Part shown: piece by piece, positions 43,657 to 51,878 of the stretch | Position numbering within the stretch: position 1 is the first letter of the stretch | Layout of the letters: each line of letters begins with the position of its first letter | Source: Rhodospirillales bacterium | Lineage (GTDB): Bacteria > Pseudomonadota > Alphaproteobacteria > Rhodospirillales > Casp-alpha2 | Reading direction: 5' to 3' | NCBI GenBank assembly: GCA_965198795.1 | Contig: OZ240674.1 | Span: 1,540,522 to 1,604,521 of the forward strand | DNA length: 64,000 nucleotides | Notes under the pieces: model-generated | Told to the model about the DNA's origin: nothing | Seen by the model: only the letters and a program-made list of their open reading frames with translations | Database searches by the model: none | Made by a program: the position numbers and the translations under genes

Positions 43657-45482
43657 TGGCGTCCGGCGCGGCCGTGTTCGGGACCAGCTTCTCCGAGGCC
43701 CTGCCGCGCGCCAGGAAAGAAGGGTCCTACGCGGCTCTCGCGGCCTTGGCGAACGCGAAGGACGCGGATGACGCGCAGGAAGGCCTCAAGCCATACAAGA
43801 TCGCGGTGCTTCGAAACATGACGGTGGAGCCGGTCCTGCCTGTGCTGGAGGCCGAACTGCTGATGGCCGGTCTATACCCGGACGTTCATGTGGCGGATTT
43901 CGACACCATCGCGTCCGACGCCATGAACCCGGACTCGGACCTTTACGCCCTCGCGCCCGACTGCGTCGTCATCGCCCAGTGGCCGGAAACGCTGACGCCG
44001 GCCCTGTGGTCGCGGTTTCCGACCCTTTCCCGGGAAATGGTCGATGAAGAAATTCAGCGGGTCGCGGACGATCTTAAAATGGTCATGAGCGCCCTTCGCG
44101 AAAAAACCGGCGTTCCTGTCCTGGCGACCAACATCCCCTGCCCAGGTCACGGCGCCATGGGTATGATGGAAGCGCAATCGGGGGAACATCAGCGGGCCGC
44201 CATCGACCGGTTGAACAGGGCGTTGATCAAGGCGGCCGGGCCGTTCGGAGACGTCTACTGGATCGACCTGGCCGGACTGATCAATCGGTTGGGATACGAA
44301 CAGGCCTTTGACCGCCGCTATTGGCAGATCGCGCGCGCCCCCCTGGGCAAATCGGCCCTGGTTCCGCTTGGCCGGCATATGGCGGCGCTGATAAGGGCGC
44401 TGACCGGCGGCGTTCGGAAATGCCTGGTGCTGGACTGCGACAACACGCTTTGGGGCGGGATCGTCGGCGAGGACGGCATGGCGGGCGTCAAGGTGGGCGC
44501 CGACTATCCGGGTTCGGCCTACCGGGCGTTTCAACAGGCCGTGTTGAACCTGAAGGCCCGCGGCGTCATGCTGGCCATCAACTCCAAGAACAATGAAGCG
44601 GACGTGCTGGAGGTGTTTCGGGACCATCCCGGCATGTTGCTCCGCGAGGATGATTTTGTCGCCATGCGCGTCAACTGGCGGGACAAGGCCTCCAATTTGC
44701 GCGAACTGGCGGAAGAATTGAACATCGGACTAGACGCGCTGGTGTTCGCGGATGACAGCGCCTTTGAATGTGATTTCGTCCGCGCCGCCCTGCCGGAAGT
44801 CGCGGTGCTGCATTTACAGGGCGGCGCGAGCGGTTACGCGGACAAGCTCGCCGAAGGGGCCTACTTCGACCGCTTGAGCTTGTCGGCGGAGGACGCCAAG
44901 CGGAGCGAGATGTATCTGGCGGACCGCAAGCGCAAAAATATGGCGGCTGGCGCGGCGTCCATTGAGGATTATCTGCGGGGCCTTGAGATCGAGGCTGAAA
45001 TCGCCGAACCGGCGCCGGCGGATATTCCCCGCGTCGCGCAGCTCACGCAAAAAACCAATCAGTTCAACCTAACCACCAGGCGCTACACGGAAGGCGACGT
45101 GAGCCGGTTCATCAAGGATCCGGCGAAAAAGGTCTACGCCATGAAGCTCCGCGACAAGATCGCCGACATCGGCCTCGTCGGCGTGGCGATTGCGTCGGAA
45201 GAGAGCGGCGCCTGCGTCATAGACACTTTCTTGATGTCATGCCGGGCGCTGGGGCGCGGCGCGGAAGACGCCATGCTGAGCCGGGTGTTGCGGGACGCGG
45301 GCGGCGCGCCGGTCATTGGACGCTTTCTGCCCACCGGGAAGAACGCCCAGGTGGCGCGGTTTTTTCCGAAGCGCGGGTTCGAGGAAACCGCGCGGACCAA
45401 AGAGGCGGTTGAATGGAGGCTTCAGCCCGGCGATAAGCTGGTCGAGGCGCCCGATTGGATCAACGTGCGCTCGCCCGGCTAG
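43656..45482 (+). CDS. FkbH-like HAD-superfamily IIIC protein with C-terminal GNAT-like domain
   Basis: DxDxT core CLVLDCDNTLWGGIVGEDG, ..LAINSKNNE.., ..FADDSAFE.., and C-terminal ..DTFLMSCRALGRGAE... The ATG at 43656 overlaps the preceding stop (TGATG). Confidence 0.75.
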   Translation: MASGAAVFGTSFSEALPRARKEGSYAALAALANAKDADDAQEGLKPYKIAVLRNMTVEPVLPVLEAELLMAGLYPDVHVADFDTIASDAMNPDSDLYALAPDCVVIAQWPETLTPALWSRFPTLSREMVDEEIQRVADDLKMVMSALREKTGVPVLATNIPCPGHGAMGMMEAQSGEHQRAAIDRLNRALIKAAGPFGDVYWIDLAGLINRLGYEQAFDRRYWQIARAPLGKSALVPLGRHMAALIRALTGGVRKCLVLDCDNTLWGGIVGEDGMAGVKVGADYPGSAYRAFQQAVLNLKARGVMLAINSKNNEADVLEVFRDHPGMLLREDDFVAMRVNWRDKASNLRELAEELNIGLDALVFADDSAFECDFVRAALPEVAVLHLQGGASGYADKLAEGAYFDRLSLSAEDAKRSEMYLADRKRKNMAAGAASIEDYLRGLEIEAEIAEPAPADIPRVAQLTQKTNQFNLTTRRYTEGDVSRFIKDPAKKVYAMKLRDKIADIGLVGVAIASEESGACVIDTFLMSCRALGRGAEDAMLSRVLRDAGGAPVIGRFLPTGKNAQVARFFPKRGFEETARTKEAVEWRLQPGDKLVEAPDWINVRSPG

Positions 45483-45502
45483 GGCTTTTTGAGGACATCA
45501 CC

Positions 45503-45748
45503 ATGAGCGATAACGAAAACCGTCTGAAATCAGTGATCGGGGACATTCTGAAGATTGACGCCGGTTCAATCGGCGATGAGACGTCCGTTGACAGTGTAGA
45601 GGCGTGGGATTCGCTCCGTCATCTCAATCTGGTGCTGGCCATTGAGGGTGAATTCGGCATTTCGTTGACCGAGGAGCAGACGGTGGAAATTCTGAATTAT
45701 CCGCTGATCAAGCTTGTGATGGCGGAACACGGGATCGACTTCGGATGA
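45503..45748 (+). CDS. Acyl carrier protein-like (ACP2)
   Basis: 81 aa. ..VDSVEAWDSLRHLNLVLAIEGEF.. has a carrier-protein serine motif (DSL) in helix-II context. Confidence 0.65.
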   Translation: MSDNENRLKSVIGDILKIDAGSIGDETSVDSVEAWDSLRHLNLVLAIEGEFGISLTEEQTVEILNYPLIKLVMAEHGIDFG

Positions 45749-47124
45749 CCGAGGCCGCCGCCGTTAAACGAGCCGACGAGGTTTTGCTGGAGCGTGTCGC
45801 TTCGGGCGGCGGCCTTCCGGCGCTCTATTGGCGCGGCGCTGAAATTACCTATGACCAGCTTTGGGAAAATGTGTCCGCGTGGCGCAAGCGCCTGCGGCGG
45901 GACGGCGTTGAAGCGGGCGACGTCCTGGCGTTTCATGGGGATTTCAGCCCCGGCACGTCCGCGCTCATGCTGGCGGGGGTCGCCGAGGGGGCCATCCTGG
46001 CGCCGTTGACCTGGGATGTGGACTCCGAGCTTGAAAATCTGCTGGCCATCGCCGGCGCCGGGACCTTGTACCGATTCGACGCGGATGACCGGGCGGCAAG
46101 GGAAACATACGCGTACGGCCCCGCGCCGCTCTTGATCGAGGAGTTCCGCGAGCGGGGTCATCCGGGCCTTGTGGTCTTTACTTCCGGCTCCACGGGTAAG
46201 CCCAAGGGAATTTTGCAGGACGTGGCGCTTGTTTCGAGAAAGTTCGTCGCCGAGCGTCCCGGCTGGCGGACGGTGTTGTTCCTGATGATGGATCACTTCG
46301 GTGGATTCAACACGTTCCTCTCCACGTTCGCTTATCGAGGCATGGGGGTGTGCCTGGGCGGCGCGCGCGATCCGGAAACCGTCGCGAAAGCCATTGCCGG
46401 GAGCCGGGCGACCTTGTTGCCGACAACGCCGACGTTCCTGAATTTCCTGATCGCCAGCCGGGCTTACGCGGCTCACGACCTGTCGTCGGTGGAGCTGATA
46501 ACATACGGCACGGAACTGATGCCCGAAACGACCTTGAACGAGATCGCGGCCATTTTTCCGAACGCCAGGTTGAAGCAGACTTATGGGCTGTCGGAACTGG
46601 GCGTTTTACGATCCGAGTCTGAAGACTCCGGCTCGCTCTGGCTGAAAGTGGGGGGCCGGGGTTTCGAGACCAAGGTCGTCAACGGCGTTCTCTGGATTCG
46701 TTCGGAGGCGAACATGGTGGGCTATCTGAACGCGCCTAGCCCCTTTGACGACGCGGGCTGGATGTGCACCGGCGACGAGGTCGAGGTCCGCGGCGATTAC
46801 ATGCGTTTCATGGGCCGGAAAACCGAGGTCATCAACACGGGCGGCAAGAAAGTCTACCCGATCGAGGTCGAAAATTTCCTGATGAGCCTGCCAAACGTGG
46901 GGAACGCGACGGTGGAAGCGCGACCGCATCCGATCATGGGGCAAGTCGTCCAGGCGAGAATTTCCGTGCTGGAACCGGAGGACTCCATGGCCATGACCGA
47001 GCGTCTGCGCGGCCTTTGTAACGAAAAGCTCGCGAAATACAAAGTGCCGGTGAGGTTCGTTCAGATTGATGCGGACGGCCATCACAACATGCGGTTCAAG
47101 AAGGTTCGGACGAATATTTCCTGA
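45745..47124 (+). CDS. AMP-dependent synthetase/ligase (acyl-CoA or acyl-ACP ligase, ANL superfamily)
   Basis: A3 motif VVFTSGSTGKPKGI, ..YGLSE.., ..TGD.., ..GRKTEVINTGGKKVYP... Its start overlaps the ACP2 stop. Confidence 0.85.
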   Translation: MTEAAAVKRADEVLLERVASGGGLPALYWRGAEITYDQLWENVSAWRKRLRRDGVEAGDVLAFHGDFSPGTSALMLAGVAEGAILAPLTWDVDSELENLLAIAGAGTLYRFDADDRAARETYAYGPAPLLIEEFRERGHPGLVVFTSGSTGKPKGILQDVALVSRKFVAERPGWRTVLFLMMDHFGGFNTFLSTFAYRGMGVCLGGARDPETVAKAIAGSRATLLPTTPTFLNFLIASRAYAAHDLSSVELITYGTELMPETTLNEIAAIFPNARLKQTYGLSELGVLRSESEDSGSLWLKVGGRGFETKVVNGVLWIRSEANMVGYLNAPSPFDDAGWMCTGDEVEVRGDYMRFMGRKTEVINTGGKKVYPIEVENFLMSLPNVGNATVEARPHPIMGQVVQARISVLEPEDSMAMTERLRGLCNEKLAKYKVPVRFVQIDADGHHNMRFKKVRTNIS

Positions 47125-47134
47125 AGTCCGGCGC

Positions 47135-47980
47135 TCAAGCCGGCCGCCAGCGCTCTTCCCGTTTCAGACCAGCCATCTCGTCATCCTTGCCGTTCCTGAT
47201 CCAGGCGTCCAACTCGTCGCCATTGGTGATGTAGCAATACATGTCCTCCCGGAAGAGGTCTTCGTTGACTCGGTGAATGTCGCGCGCGAGGCCGCTTTCC
47301 ATCGGGATTCGTCTGTTGTCGCCGACTTTTACCGCGCCATCGGCCCGAAGCGCGCGTCCGAATCCGGTAATGTCCCATTCGGGTACGGCGTGAAGCGAGC
47401 GGGAATACATCACCTCCGCGCAGGGACCGATCTCCTCGCCGTCCTCGAACATGCGCCCGGCGAAGCGTTTGAAGTACCGGTACGGGACCATCAGGATTTC
47501 CTCGGCGTGATGCATGAGACTGCACGACACCCAGGGGACGCCCAGGACGCAGACGCGGGCGTTCACGCCGCACAACCAGCCGAGCACGCCGTCCAGCCCC
47601 CAGGCGGTCGTGCAGGGAAGGGTCAGAAGTTCCTCCGCCCGGGGACCCTTGACCAGGTAACTGTTCATGGGCGAGCGGCTGCGCCGGAAGGCGCCCCCGG
47701 CAAGCGCCGTTTCCGGCAGGCTGCCCGTGTCCGGCGCGGTTCGGACGAGATCGAACGTCCGGTTCCTCGCGAAATCGAGATAGCTGTAGGCGGGCAGCAC
47801 AAGCGTTCTGCCCTCGCCGGCGACATCCTCCAGAATCTCCAGAACCCGCGCCGCCGCCTGGTCCGGCGGCCAACCGAAGGCGTGGACGAAAGTCCAAAGA
47901 CCCGAATAGACTGCGATGACGTCGTTATCCGGGGGCAGGAGCGCTCGAAAGACGTCTTCCAGGTCCCGTTCGGTCGGCAC
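47135..47980 (-). CDS. AAC(3)-family (aminoglycoside 3-N-acetyltransferase-like) N-acyltransferase
   Basis: ..GRTLVLPAYS..RSRSPMNSYLVKGPRAEELL..ARVCVLGVPWVSCSLMHHAEEILMVPY.. follows the AAC(3)/Antibiotic_NAT pattern as I remember it. Confidence 0.5.
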   Translation of the reverse strand: MPTERDLEDVFRALLPPDNDVIAVYSGLWTFVHAFGWPPDQAAARVLEILEDVAGEGRTLVLPAYSYLDFARNRTFDLVRTAPDTGSLPETALAGGAFRRSRSPMNSYLVKGPRAEELLTLPCTTAWGLDGVLGWLCGVNARVCVLGVPWVSCSLMHHAEEILMVPYRYFKRFAGRMFEDGEEIGPCAEVMYSRSLHAVPEWDITGFGRALRADGAVKVGDNRRIPMESGLARDIHRVNEDLFREDMYCYITNGDELDAWIRNGKDDEMAGLKREERWRPA

Positions 47981-47982
47981 GG

Positions 47983-48429
47983 TCAGCCGCCTTCTTGAAC
48001 ACCGGGCTCGCTCTCGGCCTCAAGCAGTTTCCGTACGCCTTCATGAAACGCCCCCAAAACCTCGGCCTCGTGAACAACAAGCTTCTGGGTCAGCTTCATG
48101 CCTTTGTATATTTTACCCTGGTCAACGGCTTGGAAGACTTGATCGGCGATCTCCCGCGTATTGGGCGCCGCCGCGACGAAATCGTCGAGGTAGGTTTTAA
48201 AGACCGCCAGGTACGTGGCTTCTTTTTTCGGGAACATGTAAGCGCACTGCAGCGCGAAATAGACTCGGGCCGCCGGCGTGGCGGCCTCGTCCTCGGTCAA
48301 GACTTCCTTCTCGCGCAAAATCGCCGACTCGTTATGCACCAGCAACTTCGCGTTTCCGCCGATATTCTCGACGACGGCGCCGTTGATGACCACTTTGTCG
48401 CCAGTCTTGACGTCAAGTTTCAAAGGCAT
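47983..48429 (-). CDS. flbT: Flagellin synthesis regulator FlbT (148 aa; start MPLKLDV at 48429)
   Basis: MPLKLDVKTGDKVVINGAVVENIGGNAKLLVHNESAILREKEVLTEDEAATPAARVYFALQ.. matches the FlbT N-terminal pattern. The track ORF start (48696) adds 89 non-FlbT residues. Confidence 0.8.
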   Translation of the reverse strand: MPLKLDVKTGDKVVINGAVVENIGGNAKLLVHNESAILREKEVLTEDEAATPAARVYFALQCAYMFPKKEATYLAVFKTYLDDFVAAAPNTREIADQVFQAVDQGKIYKGMKLTQKLVVHEAEVLGAFHEGVRKLLEAESEPGVQEGG

Positions 48430-48620
48430 TTCAATCCGACTCCCGAGTCCCGGCGTTACGCGGCCATGGTCAGGCCGGTTCGGCGGAATGGTAACGCCAA
48501 ACCCTCCGCTTTTGAATAACGGGTTTCCATGCCATTGGTTTTGCGGGGATTTCTTCCGCAGCGCCCGCGAAATCATGGACCGGACCATTAGGACCGATTC
48601 CGCCGCAGGCCGTTTCGCCG

Positions 48621-48714
48621 TCCCCCGCGCGGGCGGGAATCCAGCGCGGGGGCTCGCGCTGCAAGCAATCATGAGTGACCGTAGAGCGGTCTGCATTCCC
48701 GCCCGCGCGGGGGA
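48621..48714. repeat. Perfect 20-bp inverted repeat (54-nt spacer) in the flbT-flagellin intergenic region
   Basis: tcccccgcgcgggcgggaat (48621..48640) versus attcccgcccgcgcggggga (48695..48714). A partial third copy gcgcgggaat lies at 48725..48734. The spacer contains its own 7-bp hairpin cagcgcg/cgcgctg. Confidence 0.9.
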
Positions 48715-48800
48715 TGGAGCGAGGGCGCGGGAATGGCTTCCTTAAGCCGCCCGAACCAATACAGGAACCGCCCGGACCATCACAGAGGATGGAGACCCTG

Positions 48801-48829
48801 TTGACATCATGACCGGGCGCCGGTAAGTT
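48801..48829 (+). promoter_or_regulatory. Sigma70-like promoter candidate for the flagellin gene
   Basis: TTGACA (48801..48806), 17-nt spacer, TAAGTT (48824..48829), about 80 nt upstream of the flagellin ATG. I saw no convincing sigma28 or sigma54 motif here. Confidence 0.35.
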
Positions 48830-48907
48830 CCCGATTGGGTGCCGTCAGAAGGATTGCGCCTACGGGGCAAGAACGCCCTCTCAAATACTCTAGAAAGGAG
48901 TAGACTT

Positions 48908-50269
48908 ATGTCAGACGTTGCTCTTTCATTCGCTGTACGCGATTCACTTCTCTCCCTCCAAAACACGACCGACCTGATCAACAGAACCAACAGCCGCTTG
49001 GCCTCGGGTCTAGAGGTCGCGTCCGCCGTTGACGATCCGGTCGCGTTCTTCACCGCTGTGGGCCTCGCCGACCGCGCGTCCGACTTCGAGGACCGTTTAT
49101 CCGGTATCGAACAAGGCATTCAGGCGGTTACGGCCGCTCTGGACGGTGTTGAAGGCATCGACGGCATCGTTCGTCAGCTCAGAGGTCTCGCCAACAACCT
49201 TCGGTCCGCCAGGGGCACGGCGTTCAATGACTTGGTGACGCAGTTCAATGGGGTCCGTACTCAGATCGGCGAACTGGCCAACGACACCGAGTACCTGGGT
49301 CAGAGCCTGGTCGACAGCACGAGGGAGGAGCTTACGATCCGCTTCTCGACCACGACCAGCGCCCTGCTGCTCCTGCAATCGGAGAACCTCCGCGAAAGCG
49401 GCATTGGCGTTAACCAGCTGATTAGCGGGGGTACCGTCGATGTCGCCTCCGCCGCGGCCCAGGGCGTCTTGACCGGCACCGACTCGGCCGTCACCTACTC
49501 CGGTCAAACCGTCAACCTGGTTGGCGGCGACACCACCGCGGGCGTCACAACGCAGAGTTTGAGCCGCGTGGTCGTCACCTTCAACGGCACGGGCTCCCTC
49601 AGCTTCGATACTCAAGGGGCGACCACGCTTCAGTTCGACCTGGGCACCGTCAGCATCACGATCTCGAATAACCAAGGCGGCAACACGGCCGCGACGGTCA
49701 GGAACGGCGACACGCTGACGCTGGTCCTTTCGTCCAGTACGGATACGCAAGCGTTCACCGGCGGTACCGCCACTTTCAACGTGGCGGCGGACGAGTTTAT
49801 CGGCGTCGTCGACAACGTTCGGGTCAACGTGGGTTCCACCGACAACCGTGCGGGGCTGATCGGCTTCGGCTCCACGCAAACGTCGGTCGCCGAAACGGCT
49901 GATAATTTAACCGCTGCTGAGTTGACGGCGCTGCTGAACACCGCGTCTTTGGGAGTCGATTACACGGCCGTTGAGGAAGCCGACACCGCCGGGTTTGACA
50001 TACTCGTCGGGCAACTCGACTCCGCCATACAGACGCTGCGGACCGAATCCCAGTCTCTGGGTTCGAACGTCGCCTTGCTGCAAACCCGTTTGGACTTCTC
50101 AGAGTCCTACATCAACACCCTTGAGGTGGGTGATGGTCTGCTGACGCTGGCCGACCTGAACACGGAAGGCGCCAACCTGCTCGCTCTGCAAACCAGACAG
50201 CAGCTTGGTATTTCGGCCCTGGCCTTCGCCGGTCAGTCCGAACAGGGCATCCTGAGCCTGTTCAACTAG
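48908..50269 (+). CDS. fliC: Flagellin (453 aa) with a Ser/Thr-rich central domain
   Basis: gaaaggag lies 7 nt upstream of the ATG at 48908. N-terminal ..NSRLASGLEVASAVDDPVAFF.. and C-terminal ..ANLLALQTRQQLGISALAFAGQSEQGILSLFN are flagellin D0/D1 segments. Confidence 0.85.
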   Translation: MSDVALSFAVRDSLLSLQNTTDLINRTNSRLASGLEVASAVDDPVAFFTAVGLADRASDFEDRLSGIEQGIQAVTAALDGVEGIDGIVRQLRGLANNLRSARGTAFNDLVTQFNGVRTQIGELANDTEYLGQSLVDSTREELTIRFSTTTSALLLLQSENLRESGIGVNQLISGGTVDVASAAAQGVLTGTDSAVTYSGQTVNLVGGDTTAGVTTQSLSRVVVTFNGTGSLSFDTQGATTLQFDLGTVSITISNNQGGNTAATVRNGDTLTLVLSSSTDTQAFTGGTATFNVAADEFIGVVDNVRVNVGSTDNRAGLIGFGSTQTSVAETADNLTAAELTALLNTASLGVDYTAVEEADTAGFDILVGQLDSAIQTLRTESQSLGSNVALLQTRLDFSESYINTLEVGDGLLTLADLNTEGANLLALQTRQQLGISALAFAGQSEQGILSLFN

Positions 50270-50323
50270 GTTTGAACGAATACCGGGAAGGCGCTTTCGC
50301 CTTCTTCATACCGGACGAATGAA

Positions 50324-50361
50324 CTCCGTCGGCGGAAAGACCGCCGGCGGAGTTTCGTTTT
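50324..50361 (+). terminator. Intrinsic terminator after flagellin (possibly bidirectional)
   Basis: Stem ctccgtcggcgg / ccgccggcggag (one G-U pair), loop aaaga, then tttcgtttt. A second hairpin gaaggcg-cttt-cgccttc lies at 50287..50304. Confidence 0.7.
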
Positions 50362-51878
50362 CAAGCCGGGCCGTAAAGAGCGTCAACCATTTGTTTGACG
50401 GCTGACTCCCAATCCGATGGCGCTTCTTGACGGAAGAGCCGCGTCGCCGGATACCAAGGTGTTGTCCCGCCCGTTTGACCCCAGCGCCAATCGGCGACGA
50501 ACGGCAGCACGATCCAGGTCGTCAGGCCCATAGCGCCGGACAGGTGGGCGGCCGACGTGTCGACGGAGATGGTCAGGTCCAGCTTCGCCATCAACTTCGC
50601 CGTATCCGCGTAGTCCCTCAGCCCTTCAGACCAGTCGTCGAGTTTTCCGGCGAGGCCCTCAACGGAAATCTCTCCGGCGCCCCCCATTTGCAGGCTGACC
50701 CACCGCGCGCTGGTTCCATTGATCAGTGGCTTCAGAAAAGAGAGAGGCATGGATCTCTCCGCATCGGCCCGATGTTCGGGATTTCCGCGCCAAACCAGGC
50801 CGATTTTTTCGGGAGGCCAAGCCGGCGTTTTGATGTCCGGGCGCTCAAGATAGGGGGCGGGCGGCGAGTCGGAGGGAGACGGTTTTCCTAAAAGAAGCGG
50901 GAGGCTCATCAAAGGAACATGAAAGTCGGTTCGCGTCCGGATACGGGGAACATCCGAGGAATGGACGCCGTCGGCGCCGGACACGCCGGCCAAAAGGCGC
51001 GCGAGGGACGGCGGGCACACAAACTCGACGCGCCGGCAGCGTTCCCGAAGCGCCGCGAGATAGCGGACGAATTGAATGGTGTCGCCTTGACCCTGCTCGG
51101 CGTACACGCAAACGGATTTGCCTTCGACCGGCTGGCCGGTCCAAGGCTCCGCCTTCTCGACGCCCAATGGCGGAACAAGCAACCGCCGCCGCGCCTCAAA
51201 GGCTCTGTATCCGTCCTCCCACCGTTCAAGGCAAAGCAACGTCTGGGCTTTGTTCCATTGTGCGAGAAACGAGCCAGGATCCATTCGGGCCGCCTTTTCA
51301 AGCGTCTCGCACGCGGCCTCGAATTGGCCCAGGCGCTGTTGGCATAAACCCAGATTTATCAATAAGCTGGCGTCGTCCCGAATCCGCGCTGAAGCGTTCT
51401 CGAAATCGGTCAGGGCGTCGTGAAGCCGGTTCATGCGGTAGAACGCGTTTCCCCGATTGAATAACGCGCGTCCATGACGGGGGTCTTGCCGGATAATTTG
51501 GCTGAAGCCATTGATCGCGGCGGTGAAATCTCCGGCGTCATACGAGAGTCTGGCCAGATTAAACAAGGCGTCGCGATGGCCGGGATTGAATTCAACGGCT
51601 TTCTTCCATTGAGCCCGGGCGTCATGAGTCCGGTTCTGTGATTTCAGACAGACCCCGTAATTGTAGTGAATGTCTGATCTGCCGGGCAGGCGGACGAGAG
51701 CGTCTTCGTATAGCCCGGCGGCTTTCTCATGCTCGCCTTCCCGGTCCGCCAACACGGCCGACAGGTAAAAGGCTTCCGAAACGTCAGCGCCGCAAAGAGC
51801 GTCCGCGAGCTTTCGGGCTTCCCGCCTTTCTCCCGAGATTATGAGCCGCCTCAAATCGCCGACCCGGGGGGATGTCAT
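50361..51878 (-). CDS. TPR-repeat protein fused to a GT9-like GT-B glycosyltransferase domain (paralog of 17322..18860)
   Basis: TPR repeats in the N-terminal half. ..GQGDTIQFVRYL.. and ..TISVDTSAAHLSGAMGLTTWIVLPFVADWRWGQTGGTTPWY... Its start overlaps the maf stop. Confidence 0.6.
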   Translation of the reverse strand: MTSPRVGDLRRLIISGERREARKLADALCGADVSEAFYLSAVLADREGEHEKAAGLYEDALVRLPGRSDIHYNYGVCLKSQNRTHDARAQWKKAVEFNPGHRDALFNLARLSYDAGDFTAAINGFSQIIRQDPRHGRALFNRGNAFYRMNRLHDALTDFENASARIRDDASLLINLGLCQQRLGQFEAACETLEKAARMDPGSFLAQWNKAQTLLCLERWEDGYRAFEARRRLLVPPLGVEKAEPWTGQPVEGKSVCVYAEQGQGDTIQFVRYLAALRERCRRVEFVCPPSLARLLAGVSGADGVHSSDVPRIRTRTDFHVPLMSLPLLLGKPSPSDSPPAPYLERPDIKTPAWPPEKIGLVWRGNPEHRADAERSMPLSFLKPLINGTSARWVSLQMGGAGEISVEGLAGKLDDWSEGLRDYADTAKLMAKLDLTISVDTSAAHLSGAMGLTTWIVLPFVADWRWGQTGGTTPWYPATRLFRQEAPSDWESAVKQMVDALYGPA

